Assembly (NCBI GenBank): GCA_016182235.1
Contig: JACOXT010000005.1
Location: 677 to 64,676 of the forward strand
Length of the DNA: 64,000 bases
Direction of reading: 5' to 3'
Source: Candidatus Levyibacteriota bacterium
GTDB taxonomy: Bacteria; Patescibacteriota; Microgenomatia; Levybacterales; UBA12049
Shown: one piece after another, positions 8,012-16,797 of the stretch
How positions within the stretch are numbered: the stretch's first letter is position 1
Layout of the letters: every line of letters starts with the position of its first letter
The notes under the pieces: generated by a model
Told to the model about the DNA's origin: nothing
What the model saw: only the letters and a program-made list of their open reading frames with translations
The model's database searches: none
Position numbers and translations under genes: made by a program

Positions 8012-9049
8012 ATGGAAGAAAGCCTGATGCAGATCAAAAACTCTGCTGTTTCAATGATAATTGAGGCAGAGGATCAGAAAGAACTTGAGGAAATCAAGCT
8101 CCAATTCTTGGGAAGAAGCGGAAAATTAACTCTCGCAATGAAGGGAATTACCAAACTTCCCACAGGAGATAGAAGAGAGGTTGGTCAGCTTGCAAACGAG
8201 GTCAAAAGAGTTCTTGAAGAATCTATCAACGAACGAAGCAATTCGCTTAAGACTCAAGAGTCAAAAAAAAGGCGCGAAAAAATTGACATAACCAATCCAG
8301 GAGTAAGACCTGACATTGGCCATATTCACCCAATGTCTCAAGTTCTTTACGAAGTAGTTGATGTATTTAAGGGAATTGGGTTTCAGGCGGCTGACGGACC
8401 AGAAATAGAAACCGATCATTACAATTTCGAGATGTTAAATATACCTTCTGACCATCCAGCAAGAGATACACAACAAACACTTTATCTTGATACAAGGCAG
8501 AGCAAAGTCACGCCAGGGGAAATAATTCTACGAACGCAAACTTCAAGTATGCAGGGAAGAATCATGGAAAAAGTAAAACCTCCTATAAGAATAGTTGTTC
8601 CAGGGAAAAATTTTCGATACGAGCAGGTTGATGCGTCTCATGGATTTGAATTTTGGCAGGTTGAAGGATTTGTGGTTGACTCAAATGTAAGACTAACTGA
8701 CCTATTCGGGACAATTGAATATGTGCTCAAAAAATTAATGGGGGAGAAAACTAAAATAAAATTTGCTACGACTAATTTCCCATTCGTTGAGCCCGGAGTT
8801 GATACATATATTTCATGTACTGTTTGTAACGGACGCGGATGCAGTTTTTGTAAATATAGCACTTGGAGTGAAATTATGCCTGCCGGAATGATCCATCCAA
8901 ATGTCCTTAAGGCAGTTGGATATGATCATCAAAAAGTGGCAGGCTTTGCCTTCGCAATCGGGCTTTCAAGACTGGTAACGCTAAGGTATCAAATGGATGA
9001 TTTAAGACTATTGACAAATCCAGATCTAAGAATTTTGGAACAATTTTAA
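8012..9049 (+). CDS. pheS: phenylalanyl-tRNA synthetase alpha subunit
   Basis: HPMSQV, SDHPARDTQQTLYL, LRTQTSSMQ, FRYEQVDASHGFEFWQVEG, GFAFAIGLSRL. Confidence 0.95.
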   Translation: MEESLMQIKNSAVSMIIEAEDQKELEEIKLQFLGRSGKLTLAMKGITKLPTGDRREVGQLANEVKRVLEESINERSNSLKTQESKKRREKIDITNPGVRPDIGHIHPMSQVLYEVVDVFKGIGFQAADGPEIETDHYNFEMLNIPSDHPARDTQQTLYLDTRQSKVTPGEIILRTQTSSMQGRIMEKVKPPIRIVVPGKNFRYEQVDASHGFEFWQVEGFVVDSNVRLTDLFGTIEYVLKKLMGEKTKIKFATTNFPFVEPGVDTYISCTVCNGRGCSFCKYSTWSEIMPAGMIHPNVLKAVGYDHQKVAGFAFAIGLSRLVTLRYQMDDLRLLTNPDLRILEQF

Positions 9050-9051
9050 CT

Positions 9052-10956
9052 ATGCTAGCGCCTTTATCTTGGCTAAAAGAATTTGTTGACATAACATTAA
9101 CGTCTGGTGAATTAGGGGAAAAATTAACCGAAATTGGCCTTGGAGTTGAAAGAATTACAAGGGTTGATAATGATACTATCTTTGAGTTTGAAATCACTCC
9201 TAATCGACCAGATCTACTTTCAATTATTGGGATAGCAAGAGAAATAGCAGCTATCGAAGGCAAGAGGATTAAGTCAAAATCATACGAAATTAAAGTTTCT
9301 CACGCAACAACTCTTCCAATAAAGTTAAATCCAAATTATAAATTATTTCATAGGTGGACCGGAATATCTATTGCAAATGTTTCTATTAAGCCATCTCCGC
9401 AATTTATAAAAGACAGGCTTATAAAAATAGGTCTTAGGCCAATTAATAACGTCATTGATATAACAAACTATGTAATGTTTGAGTTGGGAGTGCCTCTTCA
9501 TGCGTTTGACTATGACGAAATTAAAGGACACGAAATGACGGTTGATCTTGCAAAGGGAGGAGAAAAATTCACATCTGTTGATGAAAAATCCTATCATTTG
9601 CCAAAAGATGCGATTATTATTAAAGATAATGAAAGACTCATAGATCTTGCGGGAATTAAAGGCGGGCTTAATTCAGGTGTAAGTGGTAAGACGAAAAACG
9701 TTTTTCTTCATGTAACAATAGCTAACCCTATGCTAATTAGAAGGGCGTCCATCGCATTGAGCCTCAGAAGCGATGCATCCGCTATTTACGAACGGGGAAC
9801 TAATAAAGGCGGGACAATTGATACGCTAAAACGCGCTGCGACACTCATACAAGAACATGCAGATGGAAAAATAGCAAGTCATCTTTTTGATTTGAAAAAC
9901 CAAGAATTTAAACCATGGAAATTGGCATTGAGGATTTCACGCCTTAATCAAATTATCGGAATAAAAATAGACGAAAAGAAAATAATAGATATTTTAGATT
10001 CGCTGAACTTAAATCCTCATGTCGTCCTGAGCAAGCAAAGCGCGTCGAAAGATCTCATCCTCATAGAATGCACAATCCCAACTTACAGAAACGATCTTAA
10101 AATTGAAGAAGATCTAATTGAAGAAGTTGCGCGTTTATACGGATACAATAATTTTCCAAAAACAATGCCAGTTGGAGAAATTCCAACTAAACGTGTTCCA
10201 TATTTCAAGGATTTTAACATGGAAGAAAATGCAAAAAGTATTCTAACTGCGAGCGGATTTTCTGAAATTTATACTTATAGTTTGGTGGGGGAGGACGATT
10301 TGAAAAGCTTCAATATAAAATCTGAAAACTGCATCAGAGTCGATAACCCAGTAAGTCGTGAATTTGAATATCTAAGACCAACCCTTAAGACAAATCTTTT
10401 AAAAGCTCTAAGACTAAATATGCCAAACTTCAAAAACATAAATCTTTTCGAGCTTGGCAAAGTTTATATAGGAAAACATTTAGATAATGTGAAAGAACAA
10501 TATTTTCTTGCTGGCATCACGAATGTGAAAAACTACTTTGAAGTTAAAGGAACTATTGAGCAACTACTTGAAGATCTGGGAGTAAAGCTTGATCCGACAA
10601 AATATATTGAGGTGTTAGATGAAGGGATATTTTTTGAGTTAAACTTTTCGGAAATTTTGCCTCTTGTAAGTTTAAATAAAAAGTTCAAACCTCTTCCTAA
10701 ATACCCGCCGATTATTGAAGACATGGCAATCGTTGCGAATGCTTCAGTAAAAACTGACGAAATAATAAAAGAAATCAAAAATCAAAATTCGCTTATTGTA
10801 AATGTTTCGCTTTTGGATAGTTTTGAAGAATCACGAACATTTCATGTTGTCTATCAAGATCCCCAAAAAAACTTAACAACAGCTGAGGTCTCCAAAATAC
10901 GCGAAAAAATTATAAATAACCTTAGGGAAAAATTTAAGGTAACTCTGAAAGAATAA
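9052..10956 (+). CDS. pheT: phenylalanyl-tRNA synthetase beta subunit (short form)
   Basis: LSWLKEFV (B1), EITPNRPDLLS, B3/4 and B5 regions, C-terminal PKYPPIIEDMAIV (FDX-ACB-like); the OB-fold tRNA-binding domain usually after B1 seems absent. Confidence 0.92.
   Translation: MLAPLSWLKEFVDITLTSGELGEKLTEIGLGVERITRVDNDTIFEFEITPNRPDLLSIIGIAREIAAIEGKRIKSKSYEIKVSHATTLPIKLNPNYKLFHRWTGISIANVSIKPSPQFIKDRLIKIGLRPINNVIDITNYVMFELGVPLHAFDYDEIKGHEMTVDLAKGGEKFTSVDEKSYHLPKDAIIIKDNERLIDLAGIKGGLNSGVSGKTKNVFLHVTIANPMLIRRASIALSLRSDASAIYERGTNKGGTIDTLKRAATLIQEHADGKIASHLFDLKNQEFKPWKLALRISRLNQIIGIKIDEKKIIDILDSLNLNPHVVLSKQSASKDLILIECTIPTYRNDLKIEEDLIEEVARLYGYNNFPKTMPVGEIPTKRVPYFKDFNMEENAKSILTASGFSEIYTYSLVGEDDLKSFNIKSENCIRVDNPVSREFEYLRPTLKTNLLKALRLNMPNFKNINLFELGKVYIGKHLDNVKEQYFLAGITNVKNYFEVKGTIEQLLEDLGVKLDPTKYIEVLDEGIFFELNFSEILPLVSLNKKFKPLPKYPPIIEDMAIVANASVKTDEIIKEIKNQNSLIVNVSLLDSFEESRTFHVVYQDPQKNLTTAEVSKIREKIINNLREKFKVTLKE
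10021..10056. repeat. GC-rich element gtcgtcctgagcaagcaaagcgcgtcgaaagatctc read in frame inside pheT
   Basis: translated as VVLSKQSASKDL; shares the GTCRTYCTGRG..GATCTC-type ends with the purH element at 15537. Confidence 0.5.
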
Positions 10957-10995
10957 ATTATCTGCCGCAATATTCTTTTACCAAATAACTAAATC

Positions 10996-11397
10996 TTGAA
11001 AGAAAATCCAAAATATCAAGCTCTAAAAGAACTGGTTGACCCTACCAAAAGAGTCGTTAAAATAGCTATGGAAAAAGTACGAGAAGGAAAAGTTGATGAT
11101 TTAGGACGACAAAGCGTAATATTAAAAAGTAAAGATACTCATAAGCTCTTCGAAATTATTGATACCCACGTAAATCAAAAATCAGGAGATGTTATATCGG
11201 TAGGGCTGCTCAATATGGGGCTTTTCGTATATGAATTCTTACGTGGAGAAAACGAATCATTAACAAATGGAATTGGAATCCAAATACCAAGAAGCGTTGA
11301 TTATGTAAATCTACTCAGTATTTCTTTTTTACGCGGTTTGGATTCAACACAAATTGATCTCTTGGCAGAAGAGCTTTCATCCGCAACAGTTGTTTAA
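10996..11397 (+). CDS. hypothetical protein (133 aa)
   Basis: ORF with TTG start in the track; no motif recognised. Confidence 0.45.
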   Translation: MKENPKYQALKELVDPTKRVVKIAMEKVREGKVDDLGRQSVILKSKDTHKLFEIIDTHVNQKSGDVISVGLLNMGLFVYEFLRGENESLTNGIGIQIPRSVDYVNLLSISFLRGLDSTQIDLLAEELSSATVV

Positions 11398-11400
11398 TTT

Positions 11401-13782
11401 TTACGGAGCTAGAGTAGGAGTCGGTGTTGGGGTAGGAGTCAACGTAACCTCTGGCGTAGGTGTCGGAGTAGGGGTATCGGAAACGACTCGGGTAGATTGT
11501 TCTGTCGGCGGATGGTATAAAGGATCGTCTTTGTGATTTTCATTCACCCACTCATTAATTCCTTCCTGCCAGCGATTTTTCCCGTCCCCAGATATCGGGT
11601 CATTCTCGGAAAATACGACAAACTTGCGAGCTTCATATTCATTTTTGTCAATCTCGCTTTGACTGGCAAGCTTATTGGTATCTTCTTTTGAAACCTTAAC
11701 GTCTTTGTATATCGGGCTTAGTCCCTGAGGCTCTGTACCTTTTATAAAATATTCTGTTCTTGTAGGTCGCCCATCAACCGGCAATCCCCCTCCCAAAGCA
11801 TCAACAGTTACGGCAATTACATTTTCTGGTTGTTCAAAATCTTCTGCCGGTTTTCCTGACAAAGCTTCTATAATTATTCTACGCCAAATTGGAGCGGCCC
11901 CTGTAACTCCTGACGCCACATTTCCCATCGGGCTATTGTCATTATTTCCAACCCAGGTCGCGACCAGTATATTTGGCGTCCAGCCAATTGTCCAATTATC
12001 TCTTTTGTCATCCGTTGTTCCAGTTTTTACCGAAATCGGCCGGCCTCCAATATTTAAATAGCTATTTGGCCCAAATGTCAGAAGTCTTGCATTATTATCC
12101 AAAAGTATATGGGAAATTATAAAAGCTACTTCGCTACTTAATACTCTTCTTTTTGTAGTATCTTTCTTTTCAAATAAAATCTTTCCTTTTGGGTCAGTGA
12201 CCTTGAGGATTGCTATCGGATCACTTCTATATCCTCCATTCGCAAATGCCGTATAGGCCGAAGCAAGTTCCAAGGGCCTTACATCTCCACCTCCTAAGGT
12301 CAGAGACAAACCAAAACGATTTACATTATCATCTGTTGGAGCAAATGTAGAAATGCCCATATCATAAGAGGTGGCCAGCATATTTTTAACTCCAATTAAA
12401 GCCAGGAGTTTCACAGCAGGAACATTAATTGATGAGCCAAGAGCAAATCGAAGTTGCAATGGCCCCCGGAATTTATCATCATAGTTTTTAGGAATATAAT
12501 CCTCGTCTGTGGGATTTGGAAAAACAGTTCTGGTATCCATTATGAGAGTCGAAGCCGTATGCCCGCGATTGAGTGCTGTGGCATAAGCAACAGGTTTTAT
12601 TGAAGAGCCCGGCTGACGAAGACCCTGGGTGATTACGTTAAACTGTCCTTCAAATTCAGTGTTGTCTTTTAGATCCCCCGACCCTGTCGCAAAGAAATCG
12701 CGACTGCCAACCATCGTCAAAATTTCACCGCTTTTCGGATCCAAAACTACGCTTGCCCCATTTCCTACCTTTAAATTTCTTGCCTTTTCAACTTCTTCCA
12801 GAACAATTGCTTCAGCTTTTTCCTGCAGCCTATAATCAAGAGTTGTAGTAACTTGTAAACCTCCTTGCTCAACAAAATTCTCCCCAAACTGCTCAATCAA
12901 CAAATCTTTTACATAAAAAGAAAAATGAGGAGCTTTTATTGACTGATCCTTCACAATAAATACAACATCGGAAAGAGCCGAAACTGCATCTTTTTCCTGT
13001 TTTTTTGTTATATATTTATCTTCGTGCATGCGACGTAATACTTCCGTAGTTCGCGTGATATATGATTTTGGGTTTTGGCCAAAAGGAGAGTAATACGAGG
13101 GGCGCTGTGGAAGCCCGGCAAGAATCGCTGACTCAACTAAATTTAGGTCCTTTGCTTTCTTTCCGAAGTACCTTTCAGAACCCGCTTCAACTCCCACAGC
13201 TGTGCCTCCATAAGGGGTAGCGTTTAAATAAAGCTCTAAAATTTGATCTTTTGAATACTTGCGGTCAACCTGTATCGCTAAAATAAATTCCTTAATCTTT
13301 CTTGGGATTGTTCGCTCGGGAGATAAAAGCGTATTTTTAACAAGCTGTTGAGTTAAGGTTGACGCTCCTGTAATTCGCTGAAACAAAACAGCATCTCTTA
13401 AAGCCCTAAGATATCCCCAAATAGAAAACCCTTGATTTTGATAAAAATCCTTATCTTCGATAGCAATTGTTGCTTGCTGAAGTTGTTTTGGAATTTTGTC
13501 AAGCGTGACATACGTACGATTTTCTTCTTCAAAAATGTCATAAAGAAGTAAACCGTTTCGATCATAAATCCTTGTGGATTGGGGCAGATTGGCTCGCGAA
13601 AGTTTCTCTGGGGTAGGTAAATCACGCCCATACCAAAAGAATAAGACTACGGTTAAAATAAAAATCCCAATAATGCCAAAAAATGCAAATCTGGCAATTT
13701 TGCTGTAAATAAAGATCCGCGAAGAGTATCTAAACCTTATCTGTCTCCTACTTAACCCCCTATTTGTATTATAATAAACCAC
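11401..13782 (-). CDS. class A penicillin-binding protein (glycosyltransferase + transpeptidase)
   Basis: GT51 motifs IAIEDKDFYQNQGF, GASTLTQQLVKN; transpeptidase SSIKP, KTGTTDD; N-terminal TM; C-terminal (TP)n tail. Track ORF reaches 13797 (TTG), but that codon lies inside a TATAAT box; GTG 13782 fits the leaderless pattern. Confidence 0.9.
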   Translation of the reverse strand: MVYYNTNRGLSRRQIRFRYSSRIFIYSKIARFAFFGIIGIFILTVVLFFWYGRDLPTPEKLSRANLPQSTRIYDRNGLLLYDIFEEENRTYVTLDKIPKQLQQATIAIEDKDFYQNQGFSIWGYLRALRDAVLFQRITGASTLTQQLVKNTLLSPERTIPRKIKEFILAIQVDRKYSKDQILELYLNATPYGGTAVGVEAGSERYFGKKAKDLNLVESAILAGLPQRPSYYSPFGQNPKSYITRTTEVLRRMHEDKYITKKQEKDAVSALSDVVFIVKDQSIKAPHFSFYVKDLLIEQFGENFVEQGGLQVTTTLDYRLQEKAEAIVLEEVEKARNLKVGNGASVVLDPKSGEILTMVGSRDFFATGSGDLKDNTEFEGQFNVITQGLRQPGSSIKPVAYATALNRGHTASTLIMDTRTVFPNPTDEDYIPKNYDDKFRGPLQLRFALGSSINVPAVKLLALIGVKNMLATSYDMGISTFAPTDDNVNRFGLSLTLGGGDVRPLELASAYTAFANGGYRSDPIAILKVTDPKGKILFEKKDTTKRRVLSSEVAFIISHILLDNNARLLTFGPNSYLNIGGRPISVKTGTTDDKRDNWTIGWTPNILVATWVGNNDNSPMGNVASGVTGAAPIWRRIIIEALSGKPAEDFEQPENVIAVTVDALGGGLPVDGRPTRTEYFIKGTEPQGLSPIYKDVKVSKEDTNKLASQSEIDKNEYEARKFVVFSENDPISGDGKNRWQEGINEWVNENHKDDPLYHPPTEQSTRVVSDTPTPTPTPEVTLTPTPTPTPTLAP

Positions 13783-13788
13783 AAAGAT

Positions 13789-13794
13789 ATTATA
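13789..13794 (-). promoter_or_regulatory. -10 box TATAAT for the PBP gene, 6 nt before GTG 13782
   Basis: minus strand reads ttgTATAATatctttGTG. Confidence 0.4.
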
Positions 13795-13813
13795 CAACTT
13801 TAAATGCCTAATA

Positions 13814-13822
13814 TGCTATACT
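13814..13822 (+). promoter_or_regulatory. extended -10 (TGcTATACT) 6 nt before the tyrS ATG
   Basis: tgctatact 13814-13822, ATG 13829. Confidence 0.5.
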
Positions 13823-13828
13823 TTGGCT

Positions 13829-15040
13829 ATGGATAAGATTGGGGAATTATTGACTAGGGGAGTTGAAAAGATTTACCCATCAAAAGAAGAGCTTGAGAAA
13901 GCATTAAGAAGCGGGAGAAAATTAAAACTTTATCAAGGTTTTGATCCCACTGGTATTCAGCTTCATATCGGACACATGGTTGGACTTCGAAAACTAAGGC
14001 AGTGGCAGGATTTAGGACACCATGTTATTTTTTTAATAGGAGATGGGACAGGATTGGCAGGTGATCCCTCGGGAAAAAAACACAAAAGAGAAAAATTTCT
14101 AACTCGAGAGGAACTTCGCAAGAATTCTACTGATTATATAAAGCAAGCAGGAAAAATAGTAAGATTTGAGGAAGTAAATCCGGTTGAGATATTGTTCAAT
14201 GGTGACTGGTTAACCAAACTAATACTTTCTGACATTTTGGAAATTGCGGGACATTTTACACTTCAACAGCTCTCTGAAAGAGATTTGTTTACTGACCGAA
14301 TAAAAAGAGGAGAGGATGTTAATCTCCGCGAATTTTTGTATCCGCTACTTCAGGCATACGATTCAGTGGCGATGGATGTAGATTTAGAAATCGGCGGAAC
14401 GGACCAAACTTTCAATATGCTTTGCGGAAGATCATTAATAAAACAAATGAAGAATAAAGATAAATTTGTTATGACAACTCCACTCTTAACTGACTCAAAA
14501 GGTGTGAAAATCGGCAAAACCGAAGGCAATGTAATTGCCCTAACAGACAAGCCGGAAGATCTTTTTGGTAAAATCATGGCACTTCCTGACGATGTAACAT
14601 TAAAAGGATTTGAGTATTTAACGAGTGTGCCAATGGACGAGGTAAAAAAAATTGAACAAAAAATGGATTCCATGAGTCAAAAGAAACGCTTAGCATTTGA
14701 GATTGTAAAAGAATTAAATTCCGACAATGAAGCTAAAAAGGCACAGATTTATTTTGAAAAAACAGTCCAAGAAAAAGAAAAACCATCGGAAATAAAAGCA
14801 GTTGAGTTGCCCACAAGTTTCACATCATCCGCAACTATAGCAGAGGTTCTCAATGCCATAGGCACAGTAAGTAGTATATCTGAGGGCAAAAGGGTAACGA
14901 TTCAAGGAGGTACATCAATAAACGATCAGAGAATTACAGATCCAAATGAACCAATCTACCCCTTTCTAAAAACAGGAGAAGCTTTAGTTCAAACCGGCAA
15001 ACATAAATTTGTAAAAATCATAACTACTCCTGATTCATAA
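13829..15040 (+). CDS. tyrS: tyrosyl-tRNA synthetase
   Basis: HIGHMVGL (HIGH), KIGKTEG (KMSKS-like), C-terminal S4-like domain; track ORF starts at TTG 13823, ATG 13829 preferred. Confidence 0.93.
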   Translation: MDKIGELLTRGVEKIYPSKEELEKALRSGRKLKLYQGFDPTGIQLHIGHMVGLRKLRQWQDLGHHVIFLIGDGTGLAGDPSGKKHKREKFLTREELRKNSTDYIKQAGKIVRFEEVNPVEILFNGDWLTKLILSDILEIAGHFTLQQLSERDLFTDRIKRGEDVNLREFLYPLLQAYDSVAMDVDLEIGGTDQTFNMLCGRSLIKQMKNKDKFVMTTPLLTDSKGVKIGKTEGNVIALTDKPEDLFGKIMALPDDVTLKGFEYLTSVPMDEVKKIEQKMDSMSQKKRLAFEIVKELNSDNEAKKAQIYFEKTVQEKEKPSEIKAVELPTSFTSSATIAEVLNAIGTVSSISEGKRVTIQGGTSINDQRITDPNEPIYPFLKTGEALVQTGKHKFVKIITTPDS

Positions 15041-15067
15041 TTCTTGATTCATGATTCACAATTCATC
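15033..15067. repeat. 7-nt period array (attcNNN x5) across the tyrS stop / purH 5' region
   Basis: attc at 15033, 15040, 15047, 15054, 15061. Confidence 0.7.
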
Positions 15068-15070
15068 TTT

Positions 15071-16663
15071 ATGAAATACGCTCTCTTAAGTGTTTTTGAT
15101 AAAACAGGAATTATTGAACTTGCGAAAAAACTTTTAGATTTAGGGTACAAAATCATCTCAACTGGCGGAACTGCAAAAGAACTTATTAAAAAAAATATTA
15201 AAGTAATACCTGTTCAGGAAATTACTGGGAACCCGGAAAGCTTCGATGGTAGGATGAAGACAATTAGTTTTGAGATTGAATCGGGTATTCTTTTTGATCG
15301 AACAAATAAATCCCACGTTAAAGAAGCAAAAGACCTAAATATAAAGCCAATCGATATTGTTGTCTGCAATCTTTATCCATTTGAAAAAACGATTGCAAAT
15401 CCTAAAGTGTCAGTTGAAACTGCAGTTGAAAATATTGACGTTGGCGGTCCAACTATGATACGTGCTGCCGCGAAGAATTTTAAAAATGTCTTGGTCGTGG
15501 TCGATCCAAAGGATTATCAAAGAGTAATTTCGTTTTGTCATTCTGAGTCACGCCATAGGCGGACGAAGAATCTCGAGAGATCCTTCGCTAATGCTCAGGA
15601 TGACATCCGAAGAGAGCTTGCGGCAAAAGCCTTTGCCCATTTGTCTCTATATGATTCACAAATTGCAAAATTCTTAGAGAAAGAGATTTTTCCTTCGGAA
15701 ATAACCATTCCAGGAAGAAAAGTTAACGATCTTAGATATGGAGAAAATCCTCATCAAAAAGCCTCCTTCTATTTAGAACCAAACACAAACTCTCTCTTTA
15801 AAAACCTTAAAAAAATCGTCGGACGGGAATTATCCTTCGTCAATCTAACCGATATAAACGCAGGGTTAGAATCAGTGAGGCTATTTAGAGAACCTTGTGC
15901 TGCCATAATTAAGCATAATAGCCCATGCGGTATTGCATTAGGAAAAAACATTTCTCAGGCCTTAGAAAGGGCAATTGATGCAGATCCCGAGTCTGCGTTT
16001 GGTGGGACAACTGTACTGAATAAGCCCATGGATTTAAAAACAGCAAAAGTAATTGGAGAATTCAAAAATAAAAAGAGAGCGAATATTGATATAATTGCAG
16101 CGCCGCAAATTACAAAAGACGCCTTGGAATATTTAGTAGAGGTTAGAAAAAGTATGGGAATCTATTCCTTCGGAAAAACTATGAACTATGAACCAAGAGC
16201 TATGAACATCAAGCACATCGCTGGAGGATTTATTCTGCAAACACCTGATAACGATATTGAAAAAGGATTTAGGGCTTGGAAGGTGGTAACAAGGAAGAAA
16301 CCTTCTCCAGAAGAAATAAAACAGATGAAAATTGCTTGGAAATTTATTTCAAGAATTAGGTCGAATGCCGTCATCGTTGTTGACAAAGATTTGCCAATGA
16401 CTCGAGGAATAGGATCTGGACAAACTTCTAGAATTAAGTCTACGAGAATTGCTTTAGAACAGGGAGGAAAATATTCTCAAGACGGCATCCTTGCCAGTGA
16501 CAGCTTCTTTCCTTTCGATGATAGTGTAAAACTTGCTGCCAAATACGGCATTTCGGGAATTGTTCAGCAAGGGGGATCAATAAACGACATTCTCTCAATC
16601 GAAGCCGCAAACAACGCAAATGTCTCCATGGTTTTTACCGGCAGACGCGCCTTCTGGCACTAG
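15071..16663 (+). CDS. purH: bifunctional AICAR transformylase / IMP cyclohydrolase
   Basis: MKYALLSVFDKTGI, STGGTAK, DIVVCNLYPF, NIDVGGPTMIRAAAKN, RYGENPHQ, KHNSPCG, GSGQTSR, ASDSFFPF; track ORF begins at 15044 inside the heptad array. Confidence 0.93.
   Translation: MKYALLSVFDKTGIIELAKKLLDLGYKIISTGGTAKELIKKNIKVIPVQEITGNPESFDGRMKTISFEIESGILFDRTNKSHVKEAKDLNIKPIDIVVCNLYPFEKTIANPKVSVETAVENIDVGGPTMIRAAAKNFKNVLVVVDPKDYQRVISFCHSESRHRRTKNLERSFANAQDDIRRELAAKAFAHLSLYDSQIAKFLEKEIFPSEITIPGRKVNDLRYGENPHQKASFYLEPNTNSLFKNLKKIVGRELSFVNLTDINAGLESVRLFREPCAAIIKHNSPCGIALGKNISQALERAIDADPESAFGGTTVLNKPMDLKTAKVIGEFKNKKRANIDIIAAPQITKDALEYLVEVRKSMGIYSFGKTMNYEPRAMNIKHIAGGFILQTPDNDIEKGFRAWKVVTRKKPSPEEIKQMKIAWKFISRIRSNAVIVVDKDLPMTRGIGSGQTSRIKSTRIALEQGGKYSQDGILASDSFFPFDDSVKLAAKYGISGIVQQGGSINDILSIEAANNANVSMVFTGRRAFWH
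15537..15604. repeat. 68-bp GC-rich palindromic element read in frame inside purH
   Basis: termini gtcattctgag / ctcaggatgac (10 of 11 complementary), inner cgaagaatctc / gagatccttcg; translated as ..HSESRHRRTKNLERSFANAQDD.. in the inter-domain linker. Confidence 0.65.
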
Positions 16664-16674
16664 TAGACCTATTG

Positions 16675-16683
16675 TGGTAAAAT
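16675..16683 (+). promoter_or_regulatory. extended -10 (TGgTAAAAT) 6 nt before a small ORF
   Basis: tgtggtaaaat is identical to the gyrB element at 39394-39404. Confidence 0.45.
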
Positions 16684-16689
16684 ATTTTT

Positions 16690-16791
16690 ATGGAAATGTT
16701 TAATAAGCATAAGTGGATTTGGAAGATTATTGTAGTTATTTCAACTATTGCGCTTATTGCTACATCTTTTCTTCCATTCTTTAGCCTTTAG
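16690..16791 (+). CDS. small membrane peptide (33 aa), not in the ORF track
   Basis: MEMFNKHKWIWKIIVVISTIALIATSFLPFFSL: one TM helix; preceded by the recurrent leaderless promoter architecture; fills the purH-recG gap. Confidence 0.4.
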   Translation: MEMFNKHKWIWKIIVVISTIALIATSFLPFFSL

Positions 16792-16797
16792 CTTAGT

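Noticed and set aside
11401-11480. (ACN-CCN)n TP-repeat as a possible contingency locus
   Set aside because: The 6-nt period is in frame, and Pro/Thr-rich linkers are common at the C-termini of surface and wall enzymes. Nothing suggests switching.
11354-11536. Plus-strand ORF encoding GVGVGVGV repeats
   Set aside because: It is the antisense reading of the (TP)n C-terminal tail of the PBP gene. The repeat simply lacks stops on both strands.
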